Assembly (NCBI GenBank): GCA_964016885.1
Contig: OZ024742.1
Location: 233,740,001-233,804,000 of the forward strand
Direction of reading: 5' to 3'
Source: Eledone cirrhosa
Taxonomy: Eukaryota
DNA: 64,000 bases
Shown one piece after another: positions 28,361 to 42,234 of the stretch. The notes below the pieces were generated by a model. That model searched no databases. It saw only the letters and a list, made by a program, of their open reading frames with translations, and was not told the DNA's origin. Numbering within the stretch: the first letter of the stretch is position 1; the number at the start of each line of letters is the position of its first letter. Made by a program: the position numbers and the translations under genes.

Positions 28361-31300
28361 ATGATGATGATGATGATGATGATATATAGTCAACCATGTG
28401 ACTTCTTTTTTCACAATTTTTTGTTTATCTGTTTTTAATCTTTACCTTTTATCTGCTTTCTCTACTATTCTTTTGTGTCATCCTGACCTACTATATATAA
28501 GGTTTTTTCATACTATATCAAGCGTTAAACTAATATATATCATCATTGTACTGTATTATTCTCTCATATTGTTTTACCTTGTTGACTTTTTGCATATATA
28601 TATAGAGAGAGAGAGGTGGGGGGAATGTCCCACCTATTGCCAAAGATTTGTGATTTTAGTTATTGTTTTAACAATCAATTTAACTTTGCTTCTATTATGT
28701 AAGCATTAAAATCACAAATTATATGTGTATCTATACAAGGAAGAATAGTAACAAATGACAGAACAATCAACAAAACTACAACAAGACCATTTCAACTCAA
28801 CAGCCTATTCTATTCAGCTGACAGTATAAAGTGGCTGCTACAAACTAGCCTACTCAGTAAATGGTAGTGTAACTACAGCTACAAGCCAGTCTACTTTCAA
28901 ATGGAAACCCACTTGTTTTAATTTCTGAATCTTTGGAAAAACACATCAACAATAGATAGTATTTGATCTTTAATAGCAACATTAATCAAATGTTTTAACC
29001 CTTTAACATTTACATTACTTTATATTTACTATTATATTTTCACAGTAAAGGCTTTACCTCACATAATATCAGATCTATGAGATTTTGATATTATTTATTT
29101 TGAGAACAATACCTTAACATCAGTATGAGTGGCTGGTTACAGCCAGTTTGAACAGAAAGAGGTGAGAAAATTCTGGCCGAATACAGGTGGTTGAAATGCT
29201 AAAGGGTTAAACAAAACTAATCTGGTCTTCTCAGTAACAACCACAACCAGAAGTTATTTGATATATATAAGTATACCGAATATAGGGATTCATAAAAAGT
29301 ATTCAAATAAATGAATTTGTAATACCAACTGAATATAATAGTAGTTTTCTACAATCCCCCTGTAGTTTTAACAATTCCATTTTGTTCAAAATTTTGCAAT
29401 TTCTTCTGTATTTAGCAATTACATTACTCTATATTTACTATTGTACGTTCATGGTAAACACTTTATTTCACATAATTATCTCACATAGTATCGAATCTAC
29501 GAGATTTTGATATTTATTTTGAGAACAATACCTTAACACAAGTATGAGCAGCCAGTTATGGCCGGCTTAAACAGAAAGAGGTGAGAGAATTCTGGTCGAA
29601 TACAGCCAGTTTAAATGCTAAAGGGTTAAAGTTGATTTTTTCACTTTTTCTTACAGAGCCATGATGCCAACTGTTGATGGGACTTGTAATGCCCACAATG
29701 TTACTGAAACTTTCTTTGGATTTGATCTCAAAAGTGAGAGGATGAAAATTAAATGCTGTGTTATATTGAATCTTAGTCTGATGCCTTAACCTTTAACCCT
29801 TTCAATACTAACCTACCCAAGATTGCCTCTTGTTCTGGGGTACAAAACCATCTGTTAAGGAGATTCTTATCTAAATTAGAATCTTCCACTCAATTACCAT
29901 CTTAATAACTGAAATAATTGTTTCTACTTTTGGCACAAGGCCAGCAAATACCCAGTGTATTACTGGTACTTTATTTTATCGAATACATAAGAATGAAAGG
30001 CAAAGTTAACCTCGGCGGGATTTGAACTCAGAATGGCAAGGGCCGTAACTCTATGCATCAAAGCATGGCGTCCGGCCCTCTACCGATACTACCAATCCAC
30101 TGCCCTTAATAACTGAAATAATGTTAGTAAATCCATCCAAATTCTTCATTAATTAATTCAAATACAGTGTCAGAAATATGGTAATGGAAAGGTTAAATTA
30201 ACTATTTTCTGCAATTTCTTTGAAAAGACTACTTAAAAACCAATAAAAATTGTATTAAAATCAATAGGATTCGATAATCTCTTGAGTACTTTTTTGGAAA
30301 TACTTTTTAAGAAGAGTTGCAGTGAAACACCAATGTAATATTCTTTTGCAGTTTTTACTGCGATGCACCATATAAAAAAAGGAGTGTAGTTCTTATTAAT
30401 TGTCAATCAGTTAATTTCTCACACATTGTATCTTAATGTAAGCAAATCTTTCCAATTGGCTTGTGACATGGCTATATGTAAGTCAACAATACATAATTAA
30501 AATCACCAGAGAAACAAATAACTTGTAATTATTTTGGTGTATCCTTGTTTATAATTTAGACTGGCTGCTAATTGATTTTCTGAGATATATAAATCGGGAA
30601 ATCAGCTTAATTTTATGTATTTCCTATAAAATTCCCAGAAACTTATTCAAAAAAATCTAAACAGTTATTTTCTAGTCAATCCTACAATATACTTTTAAAT
30701 TGAAAGAAATGTTAACTGAAAATACCTAAGGTATTGTCATAGAAGCAAAAGATCCTGCATAAAAAAGGTAGGTAACTGAAGATAATGGTATATTTGTCAG
30801 TGCTATTCCTGTACTCATTACAATTACTATTAATTACATGACCAAATTAAATGAAGCAATTTTGTAGCAAAGCTGTTGTTTACATTGTTTCCAATAAAGT
30901 ATACCCATTTAAAGGTGGGGAATTAATAACAGAGTCAGAATGTTTTGTGGTATTCCTTTCTGTACTCTCAATTCAAAATCTTCTATGGTTAACTTTGCCT
31001 TTCATCCCTTTGAGGTCAGTATAAAAAAAAGTATCAGCTCAGTATTGATGTCAATACTCTCTGTAGAAGAAGAAGAAGAAGAACGGGTGGGTTCTGTTAG
31101 GTTGACCAAGATATGCTGTATGTCTCTACAGCATCCTTCAAGGAGTTATGGGTCCAAATATACATATCACAGCATTAGGTATGTTGCCATATGCTCCAGC
31201 AGACTGAAAATTCCCCTCTACTATATATTGACTCCAGTTAATTGCCAACCACAGAGTGTACTGGGTACATTTTATCATGGTACGATTCATACCTTCTACT

Positions 31301-32930
31301 CTACAGAGTGTACTGGATGCATTTTATCATGGCACCAGCATTAGAGAGGTTATATGCCTGGCCAGAATGAAAGTTCCTCTGTACCCTATAATGTCTCCAT
31401 TCAACCACCAACTAATTTACATAATGTATTGGGTGCATTTTACTGTAGCACCAACACTAGATATGTTTATGCATGACTTATTGTGGATGAAAAAAAAAAA
31501 ATCGATAAGAATGGTACTTTTACAAATAACTGTTTATAGTCTTGTGTTAGGTAAAGAACGTCAGCAAAAACTAATAAACTCTAAATTTAATGAGACGGTA
31601 TTAAAACTTTTAGTAAATGTGTACGGGGCTATATTGACAGCTAACGGATTATGATTAGCTGAAATAGAGCCCTGTTTGGGGTAGCAAAGTAATAGTTCAG
31701 TTTTCTTGTTAACCCTTTAGCATTTAAACTGGCCATATCCGGCCAGAATTCTCTCACCTCTTACTGTTCAAACCTGCCATATCCAGTTTCTCATACTGAT
31801 GTTAAGGTATTGTTCTCAAAATAAATAATATCAAAATCTCATAGATTCAATATTATGTGAGGTAATTATGTAAAGTAAAGCCTTTACAGTGAAAATACAA
31901 TAGTATATATAGAGTAATGTAACTACTAAAGGGTTAAAGGATACAACAGACTTTTAGAATATGTGCCTCACTTATTACAATAGTCTGTTGATGCTGGTCA
32001 TTGAGTGAAGAAGTGCCAGGAGTTCCACATGGAAGGATGATGGGGTAGAGGAAAACTGAGGAAAACTTGGAGGGGGAGGGGTGAGAGTGGATCTCAGGGT
32101 GTTGAAACTTATAAAGGGATGACAAAGGAAATAGACAAGTGGAGGGATGTTGTGTTGGAAACAATTCAGTCAATTTATGCAAGCATGGAAAAATGAATGT
32201 AAAAATGATGAAACTGATTAAGGTAAAGGACATTTACAGTTACAATACCATTTTCATAAAAATATATTTAGTTCTCATAGACCCGCCTTGCCAGTAGGCA
32301 TCTCTAACAAAATACACCCCGTCCCACCACCACCACTCCCACCCCATCCACACCACCCCGTTCTATGTAAAGTTATGTTGGTGCCGCGCCATCCAGGCCG
32401 AAACAAATGAGATCGTGTAGGTGTCACGACAAAAAAACACACAGTCCACGCTGTAATGTGGCCGTGTAGGCAACACGGTAAAAACCTCCCAGACCCACAC
32501 TGTAAATGTGGTTGGTGTTAGGAAGGGCATCCAACTGTAGAAAACCTGCCAGACAGTCCTATGCGAGCAAGAAAATCACTCTTGCCTCAAGTGGGACTAC
32601 CCCCGTCCAAACCCATGCAAGCGTGGAACACGGACGTTAAACGTTGATGATGATGATGATGATGATTTGAGGTGTATAAATATGTCATGTTGCCATTTGT
32701 AGTTACACTTTCACATTTTCATCCTTAATGAATGAAACTGAAATAACATTTTAAGTTTTCAGAAATTGGAACAATCAATGCTTTCCAGTGCAAACAAAAT
32801 ATATATTTACACACTTTAAATGCAACAAAAAGTATATTTGTATACAGAAAAAGTACTTTAAGTACCCTAACCTTCATCAGTTTCTGATTTAAATAAAAAA
32901 AAGATTTTAAAATGTTGCTTGGTTTTCTTT

Positions 32931-33900
32931 TACAAGGGTTGGCTAAAAGTTCATAGGCTGACCAAGATACTCTCATGGAATGTGACCAAATGAGGTTTAT
33001 TTTTCAATATAGTCCACACACTTCTTCCATTGGTGTTGCAGTGCTTGGATCTCATTAGTGAAGATTTTTGGTAAAAAAAGACATCAACAGCAGATATAAC
33101 TGTTTCTACTTTTGGCACAAGGCCAGCTATTACCCCAGTGTATTACTGGTACTTTATTTTATCGACCCCGTAAGGATGAAAGGCAAAGTTAACCTCGGCG
33201 GGATTTGAACTCAGAATGGGAACAGTAGGTATAATGTCATCATCACTGTGATATTGGTTCCCAGCCAAGTATTTGTTCATGTTGGGGAATAATTGATAGA
33301 CAGATGGGAGCAAATCAGAAGAATAGGGAGGGTGATCAACCAGTTCAAAGTGACAGTCAACTAAAGCAACCATTGAAACCAAGGACTTGTATGCTGAAGC
33401 AGGACCCCTTTCGTCAGTTTTTCTGGGCGTTTGGTCTTGATAGACTTTTCTAACTGTCTCAGCAAGTTGGCATAGTACTCTCCATTGATGGTGTGGCTCT
33501 TCTGAAGATAGTTAATAAACACAATGACTTTTTCAACCCTAAAAAACTGTGGCCATCACCTTCCCAGCAGATGAAACGATCTTGGTCTTCTTTGTATCAG
33601 GTGAGGAGGGGTGTTTCAACTGTATGGATTGTCTCTTTGTGCTTGGCTCAAAGTGATGAATCCAACACTCATCCTGGGTTAGAAAACGTTCAAGGAAACC
33701 AACTGAATCTACCTCAAACAATGTCAAATTTCCCTGTGATGTGATCAGTCTGGTGTCCACCAAGCAGAAACTTGCATCATGGCAAGTTCATAATGCAGAA
33801 TATTCTCAACTCTCTCTGGGGATATACTAATAACATTGGTTATTTGATTTCTAGTCAATCACCTGTCATTCTTCACCATCCATTACTCTGTGGGAACAGA
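32931..33900 (-). mobile_element. Decayed mariner transposase, interrupted by a SINE at ~33097-33222
   Basis: FLTQDECWIHHFEP, SAGKVMATVF, HPPYSSDL; TIR-like TACAAGGGTTGGCTAAAAGTTC at 32931. Confidence 0.85.
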
Positions 33901-34099
33901 GGTCAAAAGACTGCCACAATATTAACACTAGTTAAATGTAGGTTAAGACTCGTAAAAATGTGAAGATGTGTGCATGAGGTGAGACAGTCCAAGCATGGAG
34001 TTATATACTCTTCTGGGTGGGAGGAGGTGGGATGAGCAGGTGTCGGCAAATTGTTGGTAGGGAACTTGCTAGACAACGTAATTGAGGTAGAGTAGACTG

Positions 34100-36082
34100 G
34101 TCAAAGGCAAAGGGGCAACAACTGTTATTCTTTGTCTACACTAAAAACCAATACTGGCTAATATACAAAAGGATGACGTCTATGAAGACTTCTTACGGTC
34201 TATGGGGACCTCTTAATGATGGCTGACGACTTCAATGGTCATATTGGGCAACACCAAGATGGCTACTCTGAGACACATGATGGCTATTAGCCCGGCTCGA
34301 GAAGTGAAGAGAGACCACAGCTCTTAGAGTTCTGTGATGATCTAACTATCTGCAACGCTAACTTCAAGAAACTTCAAGAAACTGACCAACCATCGACCAA
34401 TTAGGTGAGCACACGAGATTTACTTCATTTTTGTCAGAAAATGGGATAGATGACTGGTTGTAAGTACTAAGTCTTTCCCCAGAGAAGAATATATCAAACA
34501 AAGTTGTTACAAGTGATATTAGAGTAAAATCTAGGACAGACTCAGGGGTACAGGTCAATCTGGAAAAGGAAGGTATGAAAACTAAACGATCGTTTGGTTA
34601 AATATAGTTTGAGAGACATCGTATGTGATGTGTATGAAAAGGAGGAGATTGGTAGCTATAACATAGAGACCAACTGGAAGTTTCTCCGGAACAACCTGTT
34701 ATGTGCTAGTGACGAAATCATTGGTTGGAGTAAGATTTCCATCCAGGCGAATGTTGACTCGGTGGTGGAGTAGTAGACAAAAGACCATAAAATAGCCTAG
34801 GAATAGTTGCTGTGATGCTGAAAGTATCCAACAAAGTTCGCATAGCCAACCAAGTATTATGTGATAGGTTTATACCCAATGGTTGGCGTTGCAATATCAT
34901 CATTAACTGCTACAAGGGCACGAGTGATACTCTGGAAAGGAGCAGCTATAGAAACATCAAACTGATGGGTCGGATTATGAAAGTAACAAAAGGTTTGAGC
35001 AGAACTGATTACTAACAAAATTAGATTAGGTGAGATGCTCTTTGATTTCGTGTCTGGTCAGAGTAATATTGATACTTTCTACTTCATGAGGAGGCCACAG
35101 CAGAAGTTCCTAGCTCTGGAAGAAGCTATAGGCAGAAGACAACGAACTGTAATTTGGTGATCTAAGAAAACAAGGTGTAGAGGAATGATTCGCGAGAACA
35201 GTGCAAGTCATGTACAAAGATACTATCAGCAAAATAAGAGTGGGTAATATATTTAGTGAGGAATTCAGAGTACAGGTTATTGTCCATCAGAACTTAATCA
35301 TCTGCTCGAACCTCCGCATTATAATTCTCTCAGCCATTGCTGGGGAGTTTAAAACTGGCTGTTTGTGGGAACATATATGTGTTGTTTATCTAGTACTTTA
35401 GCTGAATCTTTGAATGATTTGGAAGTAAACCTAGTGAAGACTAAATTATTGGCAAGTGGTAAAGACGGTCGAATTCTACTGCCATCAGGTTCCGTAGAAA
35501 TAATGAATAATACCTGCTACCAAGGTGACCTAATTAGCATTAGAAAAAGATGCTCTTGGAACATTGTACCCAGAACACGAACAGTCTGTGAAAAATTCAG
35601 GGAGCTATTACCTTTGTTGGCAAAGAAGGGATGCTCTGTCAGAACAAAGAGTAGATTGTACGATGCATATATGCAAATTGCGATGCTGCTTGATAGTAAA
35701 AATATTGGCATTGAATGCAGAAGGCTAGAGACAAGTGAATCAAGCATGCTTCATTTGATATGTAATGCCAGTGTGCATAAACGACGATCACGAATGAGCC
35801 CAGAAAAAGTAATGTCCAGGAGATGGGGTGCAATGGTATGGGCTTGTAATTAGTATGGATGATGATCTCTGTGTAAAGAACTGCCTGGAGTATCAAGTAT
35901 AAAGAAAACGCAGAAGAGGAAGACCAAGAAAGACATGGGCAAAAGTGGCGAAAGCTGACCTCGAAATGCTGAAACTCACAAAGGCGATAAGACCCGAAAT
36001 GAAAAATGAAGGGAATCTGTACTGGAGAGAACTCATCTAACCAATGTAGGTGTGGAAATTGTATGCATAATGATGATGATTC
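34100..36082 (+). mobile_element. Highly decayed RTE LINE
   Basis: DFNGHIG, YRNIKLM, KFRELLPLL, GRPRKTW remnants and a (GAT)n tail. Confidence 0.8.
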
Positions 36083-36362
36083 AAAGCTGAGTCTGCATAA
36101 GTTACTACACAGTTTCTCGTTTCCGACCCTCCAAATACCGATTAACATGAACTCAACTTCAATAATTGTTATTCAACTTTACTCACAATATTGAATACTT
36201 TTTTTTTTTTTTGCATTGCAACTCAAACCAATGTGGACCTATAATTACACCCACACATTTCGGGATTTTATCTATTTATTACACACACACACACACACAT
36301 GTAGGGAAATGCTATTTTGACACTCACAAAAGCTACCGTTACACAAGCACATATACATAGAT

Positions 36363-36422
<60 letters not shown>

Positions 36423-36723
36423 GATGTTAGTTTGTCGGTCGGAAGGGTGAATTTAATTAATATATTCCATACAGGTTGTACGACTTCTGTTGAGTGTCTG
36501 CACACACACACACACACTGTGGAGTTATTGATTATTGATATGCAAAGCTAATAATGTGAAACGATACCTAATTGATTAATTGCACGTTAATTGGTTAATC
36601 ACGTGTTAGAATCTACCTAGACATGAAAACAATCGTTAGATGTAAACAATACACAGAATGTTGACCTCCACCTCCGATCCGTTTCGGATCTGGTGCTGCC
36701 GGTCTACCTCTCCTTTCCATCTT

Positions 36724-36816
36724 TGTATAGCTCCTGTCTTTAAAACATAGTTCACATAATATGTTTATGTATAGCTCCTGTCTTTAAAACATAGTTCACA
36801 TAATATGTTTATGTAT
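36724..36816. repeat. 44-bp exact tandem duplication
   Basis: TGTATAGCTCCTGTCTTTAAAACATAGTTCACATAATATGTTTA x2. Confidence 0.9.
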
Positions 36817-37409
36817 AACAGATAACAAAATAAAATAAGAAAGAAAAAAAAAACATGAATTAACAGTTAATGTGCACGACAGAACAGAAGGTAGGGAATA
36901 GAATCAGCATGAGACTTTAGGTTTTGGTATTATTCCTCAAATTGAAGGTGACCCGCGCGCCACTCCATCTTTTTGTGTGCAGACATCCCCTAGCGAAATA
37001 TTCATCATCATCGTTTATATCAAGTAACTGTAATTCGATATATATAACAGTAAATGAATCTTGCCGGCGGCAGCGGTGAAAATAGTATAAAGTTTGTTTG
37101 ACATGATAGACAGATACAGTGTATATAAATAGCATCTTCAAAGGCAGATGTGCAGCGCATTTACCTTATAAACAAATATAAACGTGCGTATGTGTACGGG
37201 TAGACAGAGAAGAGAGAGAAATAGTGAAAGATAAAGACAGAGAGGGTAGAGTAAAGATTTCTTATTTTGCACAAGTAATTTAACAGCAATAACCAAATGA
37301 AAAAGAAATATGTATATATAGAGAGAGAGAAAGAGCCATATATCGTATGAGAAACACAGCATATTGTATATATACCAAATATATATTCCATTGAATAATA
37401 TGTACACAA

Positions 37410-37448
<39 letters not shown>

Positions 37449-37599
37449 GTTGAAACTGGAAATGAAAATAGAACACAGAAAAAATTACCAACTATGGTAG
37501 TTTACCATAGTTATTTACGGTAAGTTTCAGGGAAATGTTTCAATTAGAGATAACAACTTTAGCAATAATCAAAGAATTAAAATAAAAATCAAAGCAAAC

Positions 37600-38095
37600 C
37601 TGCAGCGAAACGACGTCCAAAAATATTATCCCTGCGATGTTTACAGCTTAACAAACAATTAAGTCCTATCTGAGAGTTAGCTACCTCTCTGATACACATA
37701 ATACATTCCATTCTTAACACCATGTCGCTAAGATGAGGGCTGTGGACTTCGGTTAGGTTACGTAAACACTGGAATAAGAGACCTAAGCCATCGAATTCTA
37801 GAAACTCTTTCATCCAGTCCAAATCACTGCATTTAATAGCTCGGCACAATTTGCCAAGGTTTTGAACTGTTGGGTTACGGATCCACCACAAAAATTCGGT
37901 GGCATCACTCTCTTCGGGTTTTTTATTATGTTCATCTCCTGTTCCATGCCCCCTTTTATCTTCATCGTCGGAATCTGGACAAATTGACTGACCCAACATA
38001 AATCCATCAGATCGCGCCCGTTTTGAACGATCTTTTTTACGTTTGGCGAAGCGACTGGCCTTTGTAGGCCTCATAACCACGGTGTCTTCACTCAT
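37600..38095 (-). CDS. INF2: Probable first coding exon of an inverted formin-2-like protein (GBD/FH3-DID region)
   Basis: ATG at 38095 in a gccATG context. Translation PTVQNLGKLCRAIKCSDLDWMKEFLEFDGLGLLFQCL...CIMCIREVANSQIGL matches the recalled INF2 DID pattern (PSVVNYSGLRKRL...WMVQFLEQSGLDLL...CVRAVMNS). Phase-1 donor GCAG|GTTTGC at 37600/37599. Orthologue versus paralogue not resolved. Confidence 0.85.
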
Positions 38096-39274
38096 GGCGA
38101 ATAGTTTTCTGGTTTGTTTTATCTTTCCTATCTGTAGTTTTATCAATATAAATAGATGTGTATATGTGTGTGTGTTATCATTAGACTTATAGAGCTAAAC
38201 ATTTACATTTCTTCGTAACAGTAGAAAATCTGATTTGTTAACATGAAAAAAAAAAAGTTTCTTCCTCCAATCACAGAAGGCTTTCCTAACCAATATAGTT
38301 ACAAGTTGTGAATGTTTTGCCTGTTATTCACATCATAGCAGCAACATTGATAAGGTAGGTCGTCCCGGCAACTCTGCCAGTAAAATCTGGTACCATACGT
38401 CAGACCACTCAGTGAATAACTTTACTGACTTTTTTCTGCTATAAGTCAGGTTAGAAACAGCAGCAGCTTGACGAGGGGGGGGGGAGAAGGGTAGAAGGAT
38501 TCGAAGTGGGTGAAGAGACATTCTTCAATAACAAGCGCAGCAAGTGTACTATCACAAGCAATAGCCATAATAGTGGACCAGTCTAATAACAAGCAAAAAA
38601 CAAAAACAAAACGTCAGATCCATATTATTGAACTGCTGTTTAATTCCTCGAAAACAGATGTTAAAGTAAATATTTATGTTTTAACACACTTAAACCTAAG
38701 TAATGTATCATTTTAGTATAAGAAATATTGAGAACCAAAGTTATGTGCCAGTCTAATTTATAGTACAGAAAATCATAACCATAATAAAATAGCAAAAATA
38801 CCCACATTCATAATTATATGCTAGATAATGAAAAAGAAAAACGTGAGCAACGAAAACACGAAGGGAAAAGCTAGGGAATGGAAATTCCTCAAAAAATATT
38901 TTGATAAATATCAGATAGAAGAAATTGCATTTATTATTTTTTTTAATATTAATTACTACATAGCTAATTAAACTTAAAGAAAATTCGAGCCTAGTTAAAT
39001 TGAATTTTGCTCTCCGCATAAATGAACAAATGCATATACGTTCTGATATTGATTATGACGGGCATTTTTGCCTATCTATTTTATATTTATATTGATGAAT
39101 AAATGCTTATATATATAATCAAACTATTTTTGTATACATTGGTTTATCTGAACCTTGAGATTTGATAGCTTATCAAGCATGATTTCCAAAATTATGGTTA
39201 ATCACTACACTGCCTCAGTGTGTGTGTCTGTGAAACATACATATATATACCAGGTCCGAACACAAAGGTACCAA

Positions 39275-39613
39275 ACTCCCTCTATCATTGCATCAGTTTC
39301 TCCCGCTCTCCCCATCTCTCACTATTATGAACAAATGGAGTCCCACGCGCTGAATGTTCCGCGGCCCCGGCGGACATTTCACCGGACGATGGTGAGTGAG
39401 ACGCACTGGAAGAACCATTCCAGCTCGCGATGCTCACACCTGCGGGTAGCCAACTCCGTGCCGATGGTGGTGAGTAGGGAGGTGGCCATAGGGCCAAGGA
39501 CACCAGAAGTATCCACTGCTACGGGCTCGGCCAAAAACCTGTCCGAGAGCCACCGATATTTGGAGAGTTTACCCTCCTCGGCCCGAAGTGCGGCAGAGCC
39601 TGGGTTAGTCGCA
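39275..39613 (-). mobile_element. CRE-like RLE 3' fragment
   Basis: ATNPGSAALRAEEGKLSKY...WFFQ; same family as 2492-2995. Confidence 0.8.
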
Positions 39614-39941
39614 CACGAAACAAATATTGGTTTGTCGAATAATATAAGAAAAGAGACAAATGAATGAATGAATAAATGAATGAATTGATGGGTGGATAAG
39701 CATCTTGGCAATAGCGTAGACAGAGAGTGTGCCGCCTGGGGCAGCCCTTGAGTTAACTGTCTACCCCAACACAAATATATATTGACTCCTTCTTAAAGTC
39801 CTGTCTCCCATGAAAATGTCGCCAAAGGCGAGTTGACCTCTCGTCCCCATTTAACGCTACAGCATATTGGGAAGGCAAGTGAGTGGATGAGTAGGCAGAT
39901 GAGTGGGTAAATTAATAAACCATAGATGTTAATGGTGTAAG

Positions 39942-40262
39942 GTGCGTGAATCAGTGGTTAGGGTGTTCGGTTCACGATCGTAATGTCGTGAGTTCAATTC
40001 CCGGTTATGCGTTGTGTCCTTGAACCAGATACCTTATTTCATGTTGCTCCAGTCCACTCAGCCGTTAAAAATGAGTTGTACCTGCAATTCAAAAGGGCCA
40101 GACTTGTTACACATTGTGTCACTCTGAATCTCCTTGACAGCTGTGTTAAAGGCACACATATCTATGGAATGCTTAGCTCCTTGCACGTTAATTTCCTGAG
40201 CAGGTGATTATGTTAATCAAACAATTGGAACACTCATCGTAGGAGCCGACGGAGTGCCAACG
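39942..40262 (+). mobile_element. tRNA-derived CORE-like SINE (related copies 6915-7235, 18690-18990, 24630-24955)
   Basis: tRNA-like head, GTGTCCTTGA core and a shared 3' region. Confidence 0.75.
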
Positions 40263-40673
40263 TTCACATGGATGTTAAATTGCTGATGTGTTTTAACCCT
40301 AGGTCATCTCTGAGTGAACAGACTGATGGCCAAAAGACATTCCAGTCATGTCCATCCAGCCTTCTTTTTCGTTGCAAACCGTTCGTTTTGTTGTATCGTT
40401 AATTGGTGGAAGGGAAAATATTATTGCCAACATTTTTTGGCCAGGGGTACAGCGGTGATACAGATGCCTTTTATAGTGACCAACGGAAAAGTTTATTTTT
40501 AAATTAGTCCATCAAAACATACAGTTTAAGTATGTTTCTTTGTGGTTGATTGAATTATTTTCTGGAATGTTTATATGCCTACATGTTAGATATGTGTATA
40601 TATTTATACGTGTTGGTGCAGTCTCGGTTACTCCCTCTATATTTATACAGATATAACTTTTATATATATATAT

Positions 40674-40868
40674 CAGACATATCAACTCTCCCCGTCAGGC
40701 AGGGAGATCTCCCACCCACTTTGAGGTGGGTGAGAGATGTCTTCTCTTGTGAAAACTAGTATAACTTTCATTATGTAAAATCTCTCCATTTTGCCTCATT
40801 TCTCCCCGTTTTGGGGCACTTTTTATCATGGTGCTCTCCGTATGGGTTTCTAGAGGATGACAAGTCTG
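40674..40868. mobile_element. ~190 bp MITE (second copy ~63612-63804)
   Basis: Imperfect inverted termini CAGACATATCAACTC / GAGGATGACAAGTCTG within TA runs; the two copies align throughout. Confidence 0.65.
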
Positions 40869-42234
40869 ATATATATATATACACATATACATAACGGCCT
40901 TGTTTGATAGAACATACGTACATTGATCCTAATTTAACCAAAATTTTACTAGGGTAAGGATAGAACTGTGATTGAAATTTTAAGAAAAATTTAGATTTAT
41001 AATTCATATGCAGAGCCGAGGTCTGGGTATTTGGCGCCCTAGGCTAGCTCTACATGTGCGTGTCCTTCTCCCAGTTATTTGCTTTATTATCCCAAATAGA
41101 ATAATGTCGACTTAGTCTTGGTAAGCTGAAAAACCTAGGTTTTGAAACTTATTTTTCTGACCCCACTAAAAAAATTACTAAGCTTGCATTTTCCACTACT
41201 CAGTCAAAACTCACCGAAGCCACATCACGTGATAGGTCATAACACCATATGACTCCTTCCACTGCTGCTACGTGGTGAAGATGTTTAACGATTTATTTGT
41301 TGATCGCGTAATATTATTATACAATATATGGTGGATTGGCAGTATCGGTAGAGGGTCGGACGCCATGCTTTGATGCATAGAGTTACGGCCCTTGCTATTC
41401 TGAGTTCAAATCCCGCCGAGGTTAACTTTGCCTTTCATCCTTACGGGGTCGATAAAATAAAGTACCAGTAATGTACTGGGTAATTTCTGGCCTTGTGCCA
41501 ATAGTAGAAACAATTATTATACAATTTAATTATACAAATTTGTATAAAACTGCGATCCTTTAAGTTTCAATAATGTGCCTCTCTATGGCTAGTGCCATGG
41601 ACGGATGCTTAGTTGGCCTTAATTGTAATGCCGGCATTGATCATATATATCGATGACTGCATTATGTATGACGCTATATTACCAAGCATGACGCTTATTG
41701 CTCACGGGTTCTTCCTACTTAAATAAATACTTATTTAAATGTATTTGTATTACTATATCAGTCTGAAATTATTAATTACAATGTAATCTATGTATGCTGT
41801 GGCTAAAGGTTTCGCTGTACTTGAGTTCTGATAATATTTAATGTGCATACAAAGCAATAATATTTATACTTAACATCCTCAATAAGTGGTAATGATGCAG
41901 CTCAACTCTTTTATGCAATCCTAAACTTAATACTTTTATATTTAAAGGTGTTAAGTTAATTATCAAATTTTCTAAGAGGTTAACAATAACCTTCAATTTT
42001 TTACTTAGATATAGTTAACGGGCGTTAATTAGTTAATGACATTGGCAAACGGTAATGGATTGGTAGTATCGGTAGAGAGTCGGACACCATGCTTTGCAGC
42101 ATAGAGTTACAGCCCTTTACGGTCTGAGTTCAAATCACGCCGAGATTAACTTTGCCTTTCATCCTTACGGGGTCGATAAAATAAAGTACCAGTAATGCAC
42201 TGCGATAATTGTTGGCCTTGTGCCAAAAGTAGAA

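Noticed and set aside
36917-37141. 74-aa ORF as an additional formin exon
   Set aside because: No formin similarity. Splicing from the phase-1 donor to the candidate acceptor near 37027 hits a stop after two codons, and the two called exons already join seamlessly.
38096-38146. N-terminal extension MIKLQIGKIKQTRKLFA in the ORF track
   Set aside because: Starts at a non-ATG codon; the first ATG in good context is at 38095.
41330-41420. tRNA genes
   Set aside because: The A/B boxes belong to SINE heads; no complete cloverleaf.
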